The notes below the pieces were generated by a model that saw only the letters and a list, made by a program, of their open reading frames with translations, ran no database searches and had not been told where the DNA came from. Source: Candidatus Peregrinibacteria bacterium (GTDB lineage: Bacteria; Patescibacteriota; Gracilibacteria; UBA1369; LOWO2-01-FULL-3). From it: a stretch of 46,968 bases of DNA. This document shows, in pieces, positions 8,598-16,694 of the stretch; the stretch's first letter is position 1; every line of letters begins with the position of its first letter. Location of the stretch: the NCBI GenBank assembly GCA_016186245.1, contig JACPLZ010000011.1, positions 1 through 46,968 on the forward strand, read 5' to 3'. The translations under genes and the position numbers were made by a program.

Positions 8598-8837
8598 TGA
8601 AAATAGCGGATATGATTGCGAAATTCCGAACGAGCGAGTTTGAAAATTTTGTCTGCCGAATCATGCAAATCATGACGAAAAAAGCGTGAAAAAAATCGCT
8701 GTCTGAGCGCTCCTGATGAAAGTCAGGAAGCGAGTTTGCGATTTTTAGCTTTTTAAGCTCATGATTTCAGGCTCGGCAGGCAAAACTTTTCAATCCCGAG
8801 CGAGCGAGGAATTTCGCAATCATATCCGCTATTTTCA
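8598..8837. repeat. Long imperfect palindrome A (240 bp) with 30-bp perfect terminal arms
   Basis: 8598-8627 (TGAAAATAGCGGATATGATTGCGAAATTCC) is the exact reverse complement of 8808-8837. Inner segments also pair (TTGAAAAxTTTTGxCTGCCGA, AAATCATGA, AAATCGC). The apical hairpin is CCTGA-TGAAAG-TCAGG. It fills the gap between the convergent murI and guaA genes. Confidence 0.9.
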
Positions 8838-8844
8838 TGAAAAT

Positions 8845-10647
8845 TTACTCCCATTCAATAGTGCCGGGAGGTTTATTTGTCACATCGTAAAAGACCGCCG
8901 AGATTCCTTTTAATCCGATCAGCCGTTTTATAAGTTCGTTCAATTTTTCAAAATCCATTCTGTAAAAATTTGCCGTCATGGCCTCTTCGCTGCAAACCGG
9001 CCTTAGGACAAGCGATTCTCCACTTTGATTATTCACTTTTAATGGCAGTAAAACTGTCGGGAATTGCCATATCTCCCTGTTGATTTTGGCTTCAGCAAGG
9101 TAATTCATCACAATCATATCAGCCTGTTGGATAGTCGAAATACGCTCTCTGCTCAGGTCTGAAGGGTCGACCACAAAACTATCAAAAGCATCAGGAGATA
9201 AGCCATAAACTACCCTGTTCACACCTTTAAATTGATTAGTCAGTCGACTAGACAGAGTGTCCAGGTCATCCCAAGAAAGTGGCTTGCCGTAGACCAAAGC
9301 TGGATGTCGATAAGTGCGTTCATCCCCCTGTACGCCCACGCTTTTTATCGGCAATACTTTTATTTTCATACCAAAGCGATCGGCAATTTGCTGCATTTCC
9401 GCTTCCAGCGATTCTTTTGACTCAATATTATCCAACCCTTTGGCGCACAGACATCTCACCGCCAACCCTGGACCAGGAAAAGGATGCCTCCATACCAAAT
9501 GCTCCGGCAGCCCCAGTCGCTCGCCAACGAGACGCACCTCATCCTTGTACAGCTGTTTTAAGGGTTCAATCACTTTACCGGCCTCATCAAGTTTTTTTAT
9601 CCGCTCAACTTGATTATGATGTGTCTTTATCACATCGGCATGTCTGGTGCCGCCGGTTTCAATTGTGTCGGGGTAAATTGTTCCCTGTCCCAAAAACCAT
9701 TCATCTGGATTTAAACCCAGCCTTTCGGAAACTTTTTCCTGTATGTCCAAAAATAAATCGCCAATAATCTGGCGTTTTTTTTCCGGCTCATAAATTTCTT
9801 TTAAGGCCGCAAAATATTCTTCACTTGCATCGTAGACGTGCAGGTTCCCAATGCCTACGGATTTCAAAGCTTCTTCGACTTCTTTTCTCTCATTCATGCG
9901 CATAAAACCGGTATCCACAAACAGCCCATACACACGATCTGACCCCAAAACTTTTTCCAAAAGCAAAAATGCCACTGTGCTGTCCACCCCGCCGCTGATC
10001 ATCAAAAAAACTTTTTTACCACCCACCTTCATCTTTATTTCTTCCATCATTTTTTCCACGTACTGGTCAAGATTCCATTCGCGTTTTGCGCCTGTCAATG
10101 CGATAAAATTTTCAAAAATCTGCTTGCCACAGGGCGTATGGGTTACTTCCGGATGGAACTGCATGGAGTAGAAATTTCGCTTGTAATCGGCCATCGCAGC
10201 AATTGGACAATCCTCTGTCCCTCCAACAATTTCAAATCCTTCCGGCACTTTTACCACTTGGTCAAAATGACTCATCCATACTTTTTCCTCATTTTCCAGT
10301 CCTTCAAAAATGCCTTTTTTCTGCTGGAACTTCACAACCGCAGGACCATATTCGCTCATCACGCCGGGCTCGACTTCGCCTCCCAAAGCATAGGCCGTCA
10401 TTTGATGGCCATAGCAGATTCCCAAAACGGGGACTCCCAGTTCATAAATACCCGCATCTGCTTTTGGACTCTCCGGTGCATTTACGCTTGCAGGCCCTCC
10501 GGACAAAATAATTCCCATGTAATCTTTCAGTTTTTGCGCAGGAGCAGTGCCATCTAAAATCTCCGAATAAACACCCATGCGTCTGACCCGGTTGGCAATA
10601 AGATGCGCGTATTGTCCTCCAAAATCCAGTACTGCAATCTTGTCCAT
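8845..10647 (-). CDS. guaA: GMP synthase (glutamine-hydrolysing), long 600-aa form
   Basis: GATase region (GICYGHQM, QFHPEV), ATP-PPase P-loop (SGGVDSTV) and C-terminal PPGTIEWE. The region after HPFPGPGLAVR carries an extra segment of about 75 aa compared with the roughly 525-aa E. coli-type enzyme. Confidence 0.95.
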   Translation of the reverse strand: MDKIAVLDFGGQYAHLIANRVRRMGVYSEILDGTAPAQKLKDYMGIILSGGPASVNAPESPKADAGIYELGVPVLGICYGHQMTAYALGGEVEPGVMSEYGPAVVKFQQKKGIFEGLENEEKVWMSHFDQVVKVPEGFEIVGGTEDCPIAAMADYKRNFYSMQFHPEVTHTPCGKQIFENFIALTGAKREWNLDQYVEKMMEEIKMKVGGKKVFLMISGGVDSTVAFLLLEKVLGSDRVYGLFVDTGFMRMNERKEVEEALKSVGIGNLHVYDASEEYFAALKEIYEPEKKRQIIGDLFLDIQEKVSERLGLNPDEWFLGQGTIYPDTIETGGTRHADVIKTHHNQVERIKKLDEAGKVIEPLKQLYKDEVRLVGERLGLPEHLVWRHPFPGPGLAVRCLCAKGLDNIESKESLEAEMQQIADRFGMKIKVLPIKSVGVQGDERTYRHPALVYGKPLSWDDLDTLSSRLTNQFKGVNRVVYGLSPDAFDSFVVDPSDLSRERISTIQQADMIVMNYLAEAKINREIWQFPTVLLPLKVNNQSGESLVLRPVCSEEAMTANFYRMDFEKLNELIKRLIGLKGISAVFYDVTNKPPGTIEWE

Positions 10648-12233
10648 TATTTCATCTTCTTAAGAAGTTTTTTGGCTTTTTCCATCGCCTTTTTTTCTTT
10701 TTTGACAGTGTCCTCAAGCGGCCTCATAAGAGGGAACATCACCACATCTTTTAAATTATCCTGCGCACAAAGCAGCGTAATCAGGCGGTCAACACCCATG
10801 CCCCAGCCGGACACGCAGGGCATCCCGTGTTCCATCGCCAGCAGATATTCTTCATTCATCATCATGGCCTCCTCATCGCCCTGGGCCTTTGCCAAAGACT
10901 GTTTTTCAAATCTCTCGCGCTGATCAAGAGGATCCACGATCTCGCTATATGCGTTGATAATTTCCCATGTATTCACCAAAAGCTGAAAAGTATCGCACAA
11001 CCTTGGATCATCATCGTTTTTACGCGCCAATGGTTTTGTGCTTAAAGGATGCTGGATAACAAAGGTCGGTTGAATCAATTTCGGCCTGGAAACTTTTTTA
11101 TATAAATGATCGACCAGATTTCCATATCCCAGATTTTCCGCGCCATCGATGACGATTTTTTTCCTTTTGATTTCTTTCAATAGGGAAGCCGGTTCATCAA
11201 ATTTTAGCACATCAATACCGCAATCTTTTTTAATCAGTTCTGTGAATTTTTTGCGCGGCCAGGGAGGAGTAAAATCAATGTCCACTTCTTTGCCATCCCT
11301 GTCTTTTACTTTGACTTTCAACGTTCCCAGCAGTTTTTTTAAAATAGCCACAAACATCCGTTCGGTAAATTTCATATTGTCATCGTAATTCCAATAAGCG
11401 GCGTAATGCTCGATCATCGTAAATTCCTGGAGATGGCTCGGATCAAGACCCTCATTTCGGAAGCATCTGGCCACCTCGAAAGTTTTTTCAAAACCGCCTA
11501 CCATGGCCATTTTCTGCCACAATTCACCGGCCGCGATCCGCAGATAAACATCAATGTCGAGCGCATTATGATGGGTGATAAACGGTTTTGCAGAGGCGCC
11601 GGATGAAACATTTTCCAGCACCGGAGTTTCAATCTCGACAAACCCTTCCGACCAGTAAAATTCCCGAAAAGCGCGGACAAGATTGCTTCTCAAAATAAAT
11701 CTTTGCAAAACATCTCGATCCATGACGGTATCGAGATAACGCTGTCGATATTTGGTTTCCTGGTCTTGCACACCGTGCCATTTTTCCGGCAGAGGACGCA
11801 GAGCCTTGGACAGTAAAATCACTTTGGAAACCAGCGCTGTAATCTCGCCATGTCTTGTTTTAAACAACTCGCCTTCAACGCCGATAAAATCCCCCATGTC
11901 AATTTTTCGGATGAATTTATAGGCTTCATTGCCCATCAAGTCCTGCATGAAGCAGACCTGAATTTTCCCCGAAAAATCCTGGATATGTCCAAATGTCAGT
12001 TTCCCATGCTCACGCAAAGTCATCAGTCGTCCGCAAAGTTTAAGTGGATTTTTGGAAGGATTTTTTAGAATGGCATCCGCCTCGCGCAAGGTGTCTTTTG
12101 AGCCTTTCTCAAGCGCGTCTATGGCGAAATGTGTCCGCTCAAAACGCGCCGCATATGGATTTATTCCCTGCTTTCGCAGCTCCGCCACTTTCTGCAAACG
12201 TACATGAAACTCATTGTTATCGGCACCGGACAT
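10647..12233 (-). CDS. lysS: Lysyl-tRNA synthetase, class II
   Basis: Motifs YRQRYLD, FVEIETPVLE, FRNEG, EFTMIEHY and GWGMGVDRL. Its stop overlaps the guaA start by 1 nt. Confidence 0.95.
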   Translation of the reverse strand: MSGADNNEFHVRLQKVAELRKQGINPYAARFERTHFAIDALEKGSKDTLREADAILKNPSKNPLKLCGRLMTLREHGKLTFGHIQDFSGKIQVCFMQDLMGNEAYKFIRKIDMGDFIGVEGELFKTRHGEITALVSKVILLSKALRPLPEKWHGVQDQETKYRQRYLDTVMDRDVLQRFILRSNLVRAFREFYWSEGFVEIETPVLENVSSGASAKPFITHHNALDIDVYLRIAAGELWQKMAMVGGFEKTFEVARCFRNEGLDPSHLQEFTMIEHYAAYWNYDDNMKFTERMFVAILKKLLGTLKVKVKDRDGKEVDIDFTPPWPRKKFTELIKKDCGIDVLKFDEPASLLKEIKRKKIVIDGAENLGYGNLVDHLYKKVSRPKLIQPTFVIQHPLSTKPLARKNDDDPRLCDTFQLLVNTWEIINAYSEIVDPLDQRERFEKQSLAKAQGDEEAMMMNEEYLLAMEHGMPCVSGWGMGVDRLITLLCAQDNLKDVVMFPLMRPLEDTVKKEKKAMEKAKKLLKKMK

Positions 12234-12245
12234 GGAGGCATTATA
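12234..12245 (-). promoter_or_regulatory. Candidate -10 box TATAAT placed 6 nt upstream of the lysS ATG (leaderless geometry)
   Basis: The minus strand reads TTTTATAAT-GCCTCC-ATG. The hexamer is at 12240-12245. No Shine-Dalgarno sequence is possible in a 6-nt spacer. Confidence 0.45.
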
Positions 12246-12302
12246 AAAGGCGGAAAGCTAATTTACCAGTCATAACTGAACAATTCCACACCCACGCCAA
12301 AA

Positions 12303-14942
12303 TTATTCGCTCACCCCGTACTCTTCAAACTTCCTCGTCTTTTCAATATCAAGAAATTTCATCTGCTCTTTTTTGAAAGCAAGCTCCACATGTCCAACAG
12401 GGCCATTTCGATGCTTGCGGATATACACATCCGTAACACCTTTTTTTTCGGTATCTTCCTCATAATAATCTTCACGATAAATCATCAGCACCACGTCGCT
12501 GTCTTGTTCAATCGCACCTGAGTTATGCGACACAATATTATTTGCTAAAAAGCAAGATTCTTGTGGAACAGTCATGTCGTAAACCTCCTCTTCACCGGCA
12601 GCCTCAATTTTCACAATTTTATCCCAAAATAAATTATTATTACATTCCAGCTCTAAATCATGATCTGCAAGCCAAAAAGCGTAATTAAACACCAAATTTC
12701 GTGAAGGAGAAAAATTAAAATGGGCAGAGCCACAATAAGAAACTTCCCTTAACTCTGCCATTTGTCTAGCCGTTAAACCTACTCTTTCCATAGATTTTTT
12801 TATCTTAGTAAATATCTGTTGCGGCAAAGTATCAATATCTGTATTTGGAATAACGCCTTCCAGGGCTTTGCTCAATTTCACTGCTTGTGTTTTTCTTGGG
12901 CCAAAAGATCCGACATGGTTCAGAAACTTTTTTAAATCTTTTGCGCCATAAATAGTCACCATATAATTTGGCTTATATTCCCCTTTACGAACACGATATA
13001 TTCTTGCAACTATTCCAAATCTCAACAGCAGCGTCATTACATCAAAAGCTAAACCCTGGCTGTTTGTTGAGTAATGAATAACATGACTACATTTGCTGTT
13101 TCCTTTTCTTGTAAAAATAGTCCCATCGGTAGCCCAAAGGTGACGAAGCAGGGTTGCTATTTTTTGATTGCTTAGCTTAAAAGCCGCCACCGGAATACGT
13201 TTCTGATGGGATCGTTGCCCAAATATTTCCAATTCTCTAAACCATTTGTTGACACCGTCATAATGCCATCGATTTCCATTTCCGCTCAATAAAAGCTGAT
13301 GCCAGCTCCTTCTTCCCTTATATCTTGTTACTTTCATGCCAAATTCTTTCTCAGCTGCCTTTTTTACAAAAGCGCTGTTTTCCTCAGAGCTCGTGGTATA
13401 TCGCATCGGAGCATTATTCAAATAGCTTCCGTCACCGATCATTTGTCCCAGCAGGCCAATCCGATAATCAGACCAATCCTCCGCGCCATCCGGTTCTGGC
13501 AACTCATGAGCAATGGCTATCCTCTCTCCCTTTTTCATCATTCCAATTTTTTTCCATCCATCTCCTGTCATCAGTCGATGATTTGCAGTTGCAGTAACCT
13601 CCAGGCCTGTTGCCAATTTCACTTTAAATACAGGCTTTGTCCCGACCTTCCAAACTTTTTCACTTTTTGATTTAATTAATTTCCCTTGAGTATTAACTGC
13701 CAAAACTTCCGGTTCTTTATCCACCAATTCTTTAACCGGCACTCTGGTTCCATCTGCCAAAGTTATCAAGGTATCGCCAACAAGACATTCCCTCAAATCC
13801 GACAATTGCGGGATTTTACTCGGCCTTAATTCCACCGCTCTCGACAGCTGTGAGAGGGCGATAATGGGAATAGAAAGATCGCGCGCCAGAGCCTTTAACG
13901 ACCGCGAAATTTCACTGATTTCCTGCACGCGGTTTACCTGGAAAGAACCCGACATTCCTGTACTCATAAGCTGCAAATAATCGACCACAAGCAAATCCAG
14001 GCCGCTCTCCATTTTTAATCGTCTGGCTTTTGCTTTTAATTCCGCAATCGAATTTCCAATCGAATCATCGATAAAAATTTTCATGGAATTTAATTCATCC
14101 ATCACCGCTCCGATTTTACCAAAGTCCTCATCGGTCAATTGCCCGGTCCTCATCTTCCACGAATCTACGGAAAGCAGACTACAAAACATGCGCTCCACAA
14201 GCTGCTCCTTGGACATTTCCAGAGAAATAATAGCCACGGCATGCCCCTTTTTGGCTACATTCTGGGCTATATTCAATGCGAGAGCGGTTTTGCCCATTGA
14301 CGGCCTTGCGGCCAAAACAACAAGATCTGATGGCTGCAGGCCTGACAAAATATTATCCAGTGATTTAAATCCTGTCGGAATTCCACGATATTTTTCCTTA
14401 ACATCAGGATCATGGAGGTCGGAAATTTTTTCATAGGTTTTATTGAGGACATCTTTGATATGGACAAATCGATCCGCCATAAACGTCTGGGAGACGCCAA
14501 AAATCGTTTTTTCCGCATTGTCGATCAGATTTTCAACATCTTCATTTTCCATGTATCCAAAGCCCTTAATCGTATCTCCTGCAATGATCAGTTTCCTCAA
14601 AATCGCCTTTTGCTTAACAATCGTCGCGTATTGAAAAATGTGGGTCGCGGTAGGGACTTCATTGGCCAATTGGGCGAGATAGGAAGCTCCGCCGATCAAT
14701 TTCAACTCACCGCGGTCTTCGAGAATATTAACAAGCGTGACAAGATCGATAGGGGAGCGCTTGTCGTACAAATCGAGAATTGCCTTATAAATAAGCCGAT
14801 GGGCATCATGATAAAAGTCCTCCGGTTTGAGAAAATCGGAAATCTTGACGATCGCGTCTTTATCGATCAGCACGGAACCTATAGCCGATCTCTCGGCCTC
14901 CAGACTGTGCGGCGGCACATGTGAATCCATCAAATTGGCCAT
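12303..14942 (-). CDS. dnaB: Replicative DNA helicase DnaB, intein-containing precursor (879 aa; 457-aa extein)
   Basis: Walker A (ARPSMGKTALAL), LVVVDYLQLM, and SQLSR...SDLRE|C...HN|SGAIEQDSD. The insertion interrupts the conserved DLRESGxIEQDAD motif. Confidence 0.95.
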   Translation of the reverse strand: MANLMDSHVPPHSLEAERSAIGSVLIDKDAIVKISDFLKPEDFYHDAHRLIYKAILDLYDKRSPIDLVTLVNILEDRGELKLIGGASYLAQLANEVPTATHIFQYATIVKQKAILRKLIIAGDTIKGFGYMENEDVENLIDNAEKTIFGVSQTFMADRFVHIKDVLNKTYEKISDLHDPDVKEKYRGIPTGFKSLDNILSGLQPSDLVVLAARPSMGKTALALNIAQNVAKKGHAVAIISLEMSKEQLVERMFCSLLSVDSWKMRTGQLTDEDFGKIGAVMDELNSMKIFIDDSIGNSIAELKAKARRLKMESGLDLLVVDYLQLMSTGMSGSFQVNRVQEISEISRSLKALARDLSIPIIALSQLSRAVELRPSKIPQLSDLRECLVGDTLITLADGTRVPVKELVDKEPEVLAVNTQGKLIKSKSEKVWKVGTKPVFKVKLATGLEVTATANHRLMTGDGWKKIGMMKKGERIAIAHELPEPDGAEDWSDYRIGLLGQMIGDGSYLNNAPMRYTTSSEENSAFVKKAAEKEFGMKVTRYKGRRSWHQLLLSGNGNRWHYDGVNKWFRELEIFGQRSHQKRIPVAAFKLSNQKIATLLRHLWATDGTIFTRKGNSKCSHVIHYSTNSQGLAFDVMTLLLRFGIVARIYRVRKGEYKPNYMVTIYGAKDLKKFLNHVGSFGPRKTQAVKLSKALEGVIPNTDIDTLPQQIFTKIKKSMERVGLTARQMAELREVSYCGSAHFNFSPSRNLVFNYAFWLADHDLELECNNNLFWDKIVKIEAAGEEEVYDMTVPQESCFLANNIVSHNSGAIEQDSDVVLMIYREDYYEEDTEKKGVTDVYIRKHRNGPVGHVELAFKKEQMKFLDIEKTRKFEEYGVSE
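12522..13787 (-). mobile_element. Intein (422 aa) with a LAGLIDADG homing-endonuclease domain, inserted in DnaB
   Basis: Begins with Cys386 (CLVGDTLITLADG, codon 13785-13787). Block B is TANH. Two LAGLIDADG-type motifs are present (LLGQMIGDGSY and LRHLWATDGTI). It ends in VSHN (Asn807, codon 12522-12524), followed by the +1 Ser. Confidence 0.9.
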
Positions 14943-15054
14943 AGTGGAAATTCTTGATTTTGGATCAGAACTATAGATTTTCGCGGAGCAAAAATCAAGT
15001 TTTGTATTGTATCACAGTTAAGTTTCCATTGGTCGCAGGATTGCAATTGATTAA

Positions 15055-15215
15055 GGAACCTCTGAAAAACCTCCAACCTACTGCAATTTTCAGAATTTGG
15101 CTGCAAATGATTCATCTCTCGTCGACGTATCTTTTCTGATATGCCTCCTCGAGCTTCATCATTTTCGCTCAAATTCTGAAAATTTCGTAACGGCCGGAGG
15201 TTTTTCAGAGGTTCC
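15055..15215. repeat. Long imperfect palindrome B (161 bp) with 20-bp perfect terminal arms
   Basis: GGAACCTCTGAAAAACCTCC (15055-15074) is the exact reverse complement of 15196-15215. An inner 15-mer AATTTTCAGAATTTG also pairs. It lies in the divergent spacer between dnaB and yraN. Confidence 0.9.
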
Positions 15216-15283
15216 ATAAAAGATTTTAGAATAATTTAATAAGTTGATGCTAGCGTGGCAATGTCTAAATTCTAAAAACACAG

Positions 15284-15661
15284 ATGCCAAGCCAAAAATC
15301 GCAACTTGGAACTCTCGGCGAAAATTACGCGGAAAGTTACCTGGTTTCACGGAATTATCTTATTCTTTGTAAAAATTACCGCTGCCGGTTTGGTGAAATA
15401 GATATCATCGCGGTTGACTATTCGAATGGGGAATTATGTTTTGTTGAAGTCAAAACCCGCACCTCCTCACTCTTTGGCGAGCCGCAGGATGCCGTGGATT
15501 ACCGGAAAAAAGAAAAAATTTTCAAAACTGCGCTGCATTTTTTTCAGACATCAACACAAAAACACCCGTCTATTTGGAGAAGTGATGTTATTGCCGTAAA
15601 ATTGGACGCAGAGCGCCGGTTTGCCGGAATTGAACATTTTAAAAATATTTTCAATGGATAA
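15284..15661 (+). CDS. yraN: YraN-family (UPF0102) PD-(D/E)xK endonuclease-like protein
   Basis: 125 aa. GEIDIIAVD...LCFVEVKTR is the family signature. Confidence 0.85.
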   Translation: MPSQKSQLGTLGENYAESYLVSRNYLILCKNYRCRFGEIDIIAVDYSNGELCFVEVKTRTSSLFGEPQDAVDYRKKEKIFKTALHFFQTSTQKHPSIWRSDVIAVKLDAERRFAGIEHFKNIFNG

Positions 15662-16643
15662 AGAACAGAAAAAAGCGTTTGCGATAGGCATTTTTGCTTT
15701 CACGGTAATTGCCATTGGCGTGATTTTTTTCCTTTTTGGTGATCGGATTTTACGCGGGAAACTGGAAATTACAGCCGAAACGCCATATTCCGTGGAGATA
15801 TTTGATGGGGGCATTTACAAATGTTTGAGTACGCCATGTGTGATGGATTTGTCATACGGCACTAAAGATCTGCTGCTTAAAAAAGCGGATCATAAAACGA
15901 TTATTGCCGAAGCAAAAATTGGAATTTGGAAAACTGAAAAACTTGCGTTTGAATTTGAAATAAATCCGCAGATTACCCGCGCCGAGTCGCTGCCGGAAAC
16001 ATTGCCGAAAAAAGAATACCGGCTTGTTGAAGCTAAAAATGGCATGCAGAAACTGATAGAGGCCGGTGATGATCGCGGGTTGGCTATTGTTTATTTTAAT
16101 CCACCGCTGAAAAACAGCCGCATTATAGCCGGCGAAAAAACAGCTCTGATAATGGAAGATACCGCTGTTTATAAAATTGATCTCGAAAAAAAATCGCGCG
16201 AAATAGTGGAGAATAGGGAATTTTTGGATATTGTTGAAGGCAACTGGTCGCCTGACGGACATTATCTGGTTTTTACGCGGAAAGGATTGCCGAATTTATG
16301 GCTGTTTGACGGCCTGAAAGTTTTTGAAACTGATTTGAATATCGGCTTAAATCAGACCGCTTGGGCTTACGACAACAGTCTGGTTTTTGTAACGGAGCAG
16401 GGCGCCGGTACCGCCGTCGAATCCGGCAAATACGGCAACAGTTACATCAATATTCTGGCGGAAAAATCTCCCGCCGGTTTTATCTTCGGTTTTTATCATC
16501 CCGATGAGAATTCGTACACGAAAATTGATACATTTGGTGAAATCCCATCGCTGCCACAAGGGTTGATTCCCTCAGCTACAGGCCATATAATCTACTTCCA
16601 AGCCGCCGGTGAAAACTTTAAAATTATTTTAAGAAAATTTTAG
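15654..16643 (+). CDS. Membrane-anchored protein with a PD40/TolB-like beta-propeller motif
   Basis: TM segment (FAIGIFAFTVIAIGVIFFLF) and WSPDGHYLVFTR. The ORF-track start at 15621 is TTG. The ATG at 15654 overlaps the yraN stop by 8 nt. Confidence 0.6.
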   Translation: MDKEQKKAFAIGIFAFTVIAIGVIFFLFGDRILRGKLEITAETPYSVEIFDGGIYKCLSTPCVMDLSYGTKDLLLKKADHKTIIAEAKIGIWKTEKLAFEFEINPQITRAESLPETLPKKEYRLVEAKNGMQKLIEAGDDRGLAIVYFNPPLKNSRIIAGEKTALIMEDTAVYKIDLEKKSREIVENREFLDIVEGNWSPDGHYLVFTRKGLPNLWLFDGLKVFETDLNIGLNQTAWAYDNSLVFVTEQGAGTAVESGKYGNSYINILAEKSPAGFIFGFYHPDENSYTKIDTFGEIPSLPQGLIPSATGHIIYFQAAGENFKIILRKF

Positions 16644-16694
16644 AAAAATTTAATCTTTGTTTGCCATAATAAGCTTCATCCTTAACAAAATATT

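Noticed and set aside
8598-8837. Palindrome A as SRP (4.5S) RNA or 6S RNA, because of a GUCAGGAAGCGAG string near the apex and a rod-like fold
   Set aside because: The conserved SRP helix-8 motif (GNAR tetraloop closed by GGUCC/GGAAGCAGC-type symmetric and asymmetric loops) is absent. Four similar rods in 47 kb are too many for single-copy 6S or SRP genes. It is kept only as an unclassified palindrome.
14930-15217. 95-aa (minus) and 61-aa (plus, 14954-15139) ORFs between dnaB and yraN
   Set aside because: Both lie within or across palindrome B and are artefacts of its symmetry. They show no motifs and have low-complexity composition.
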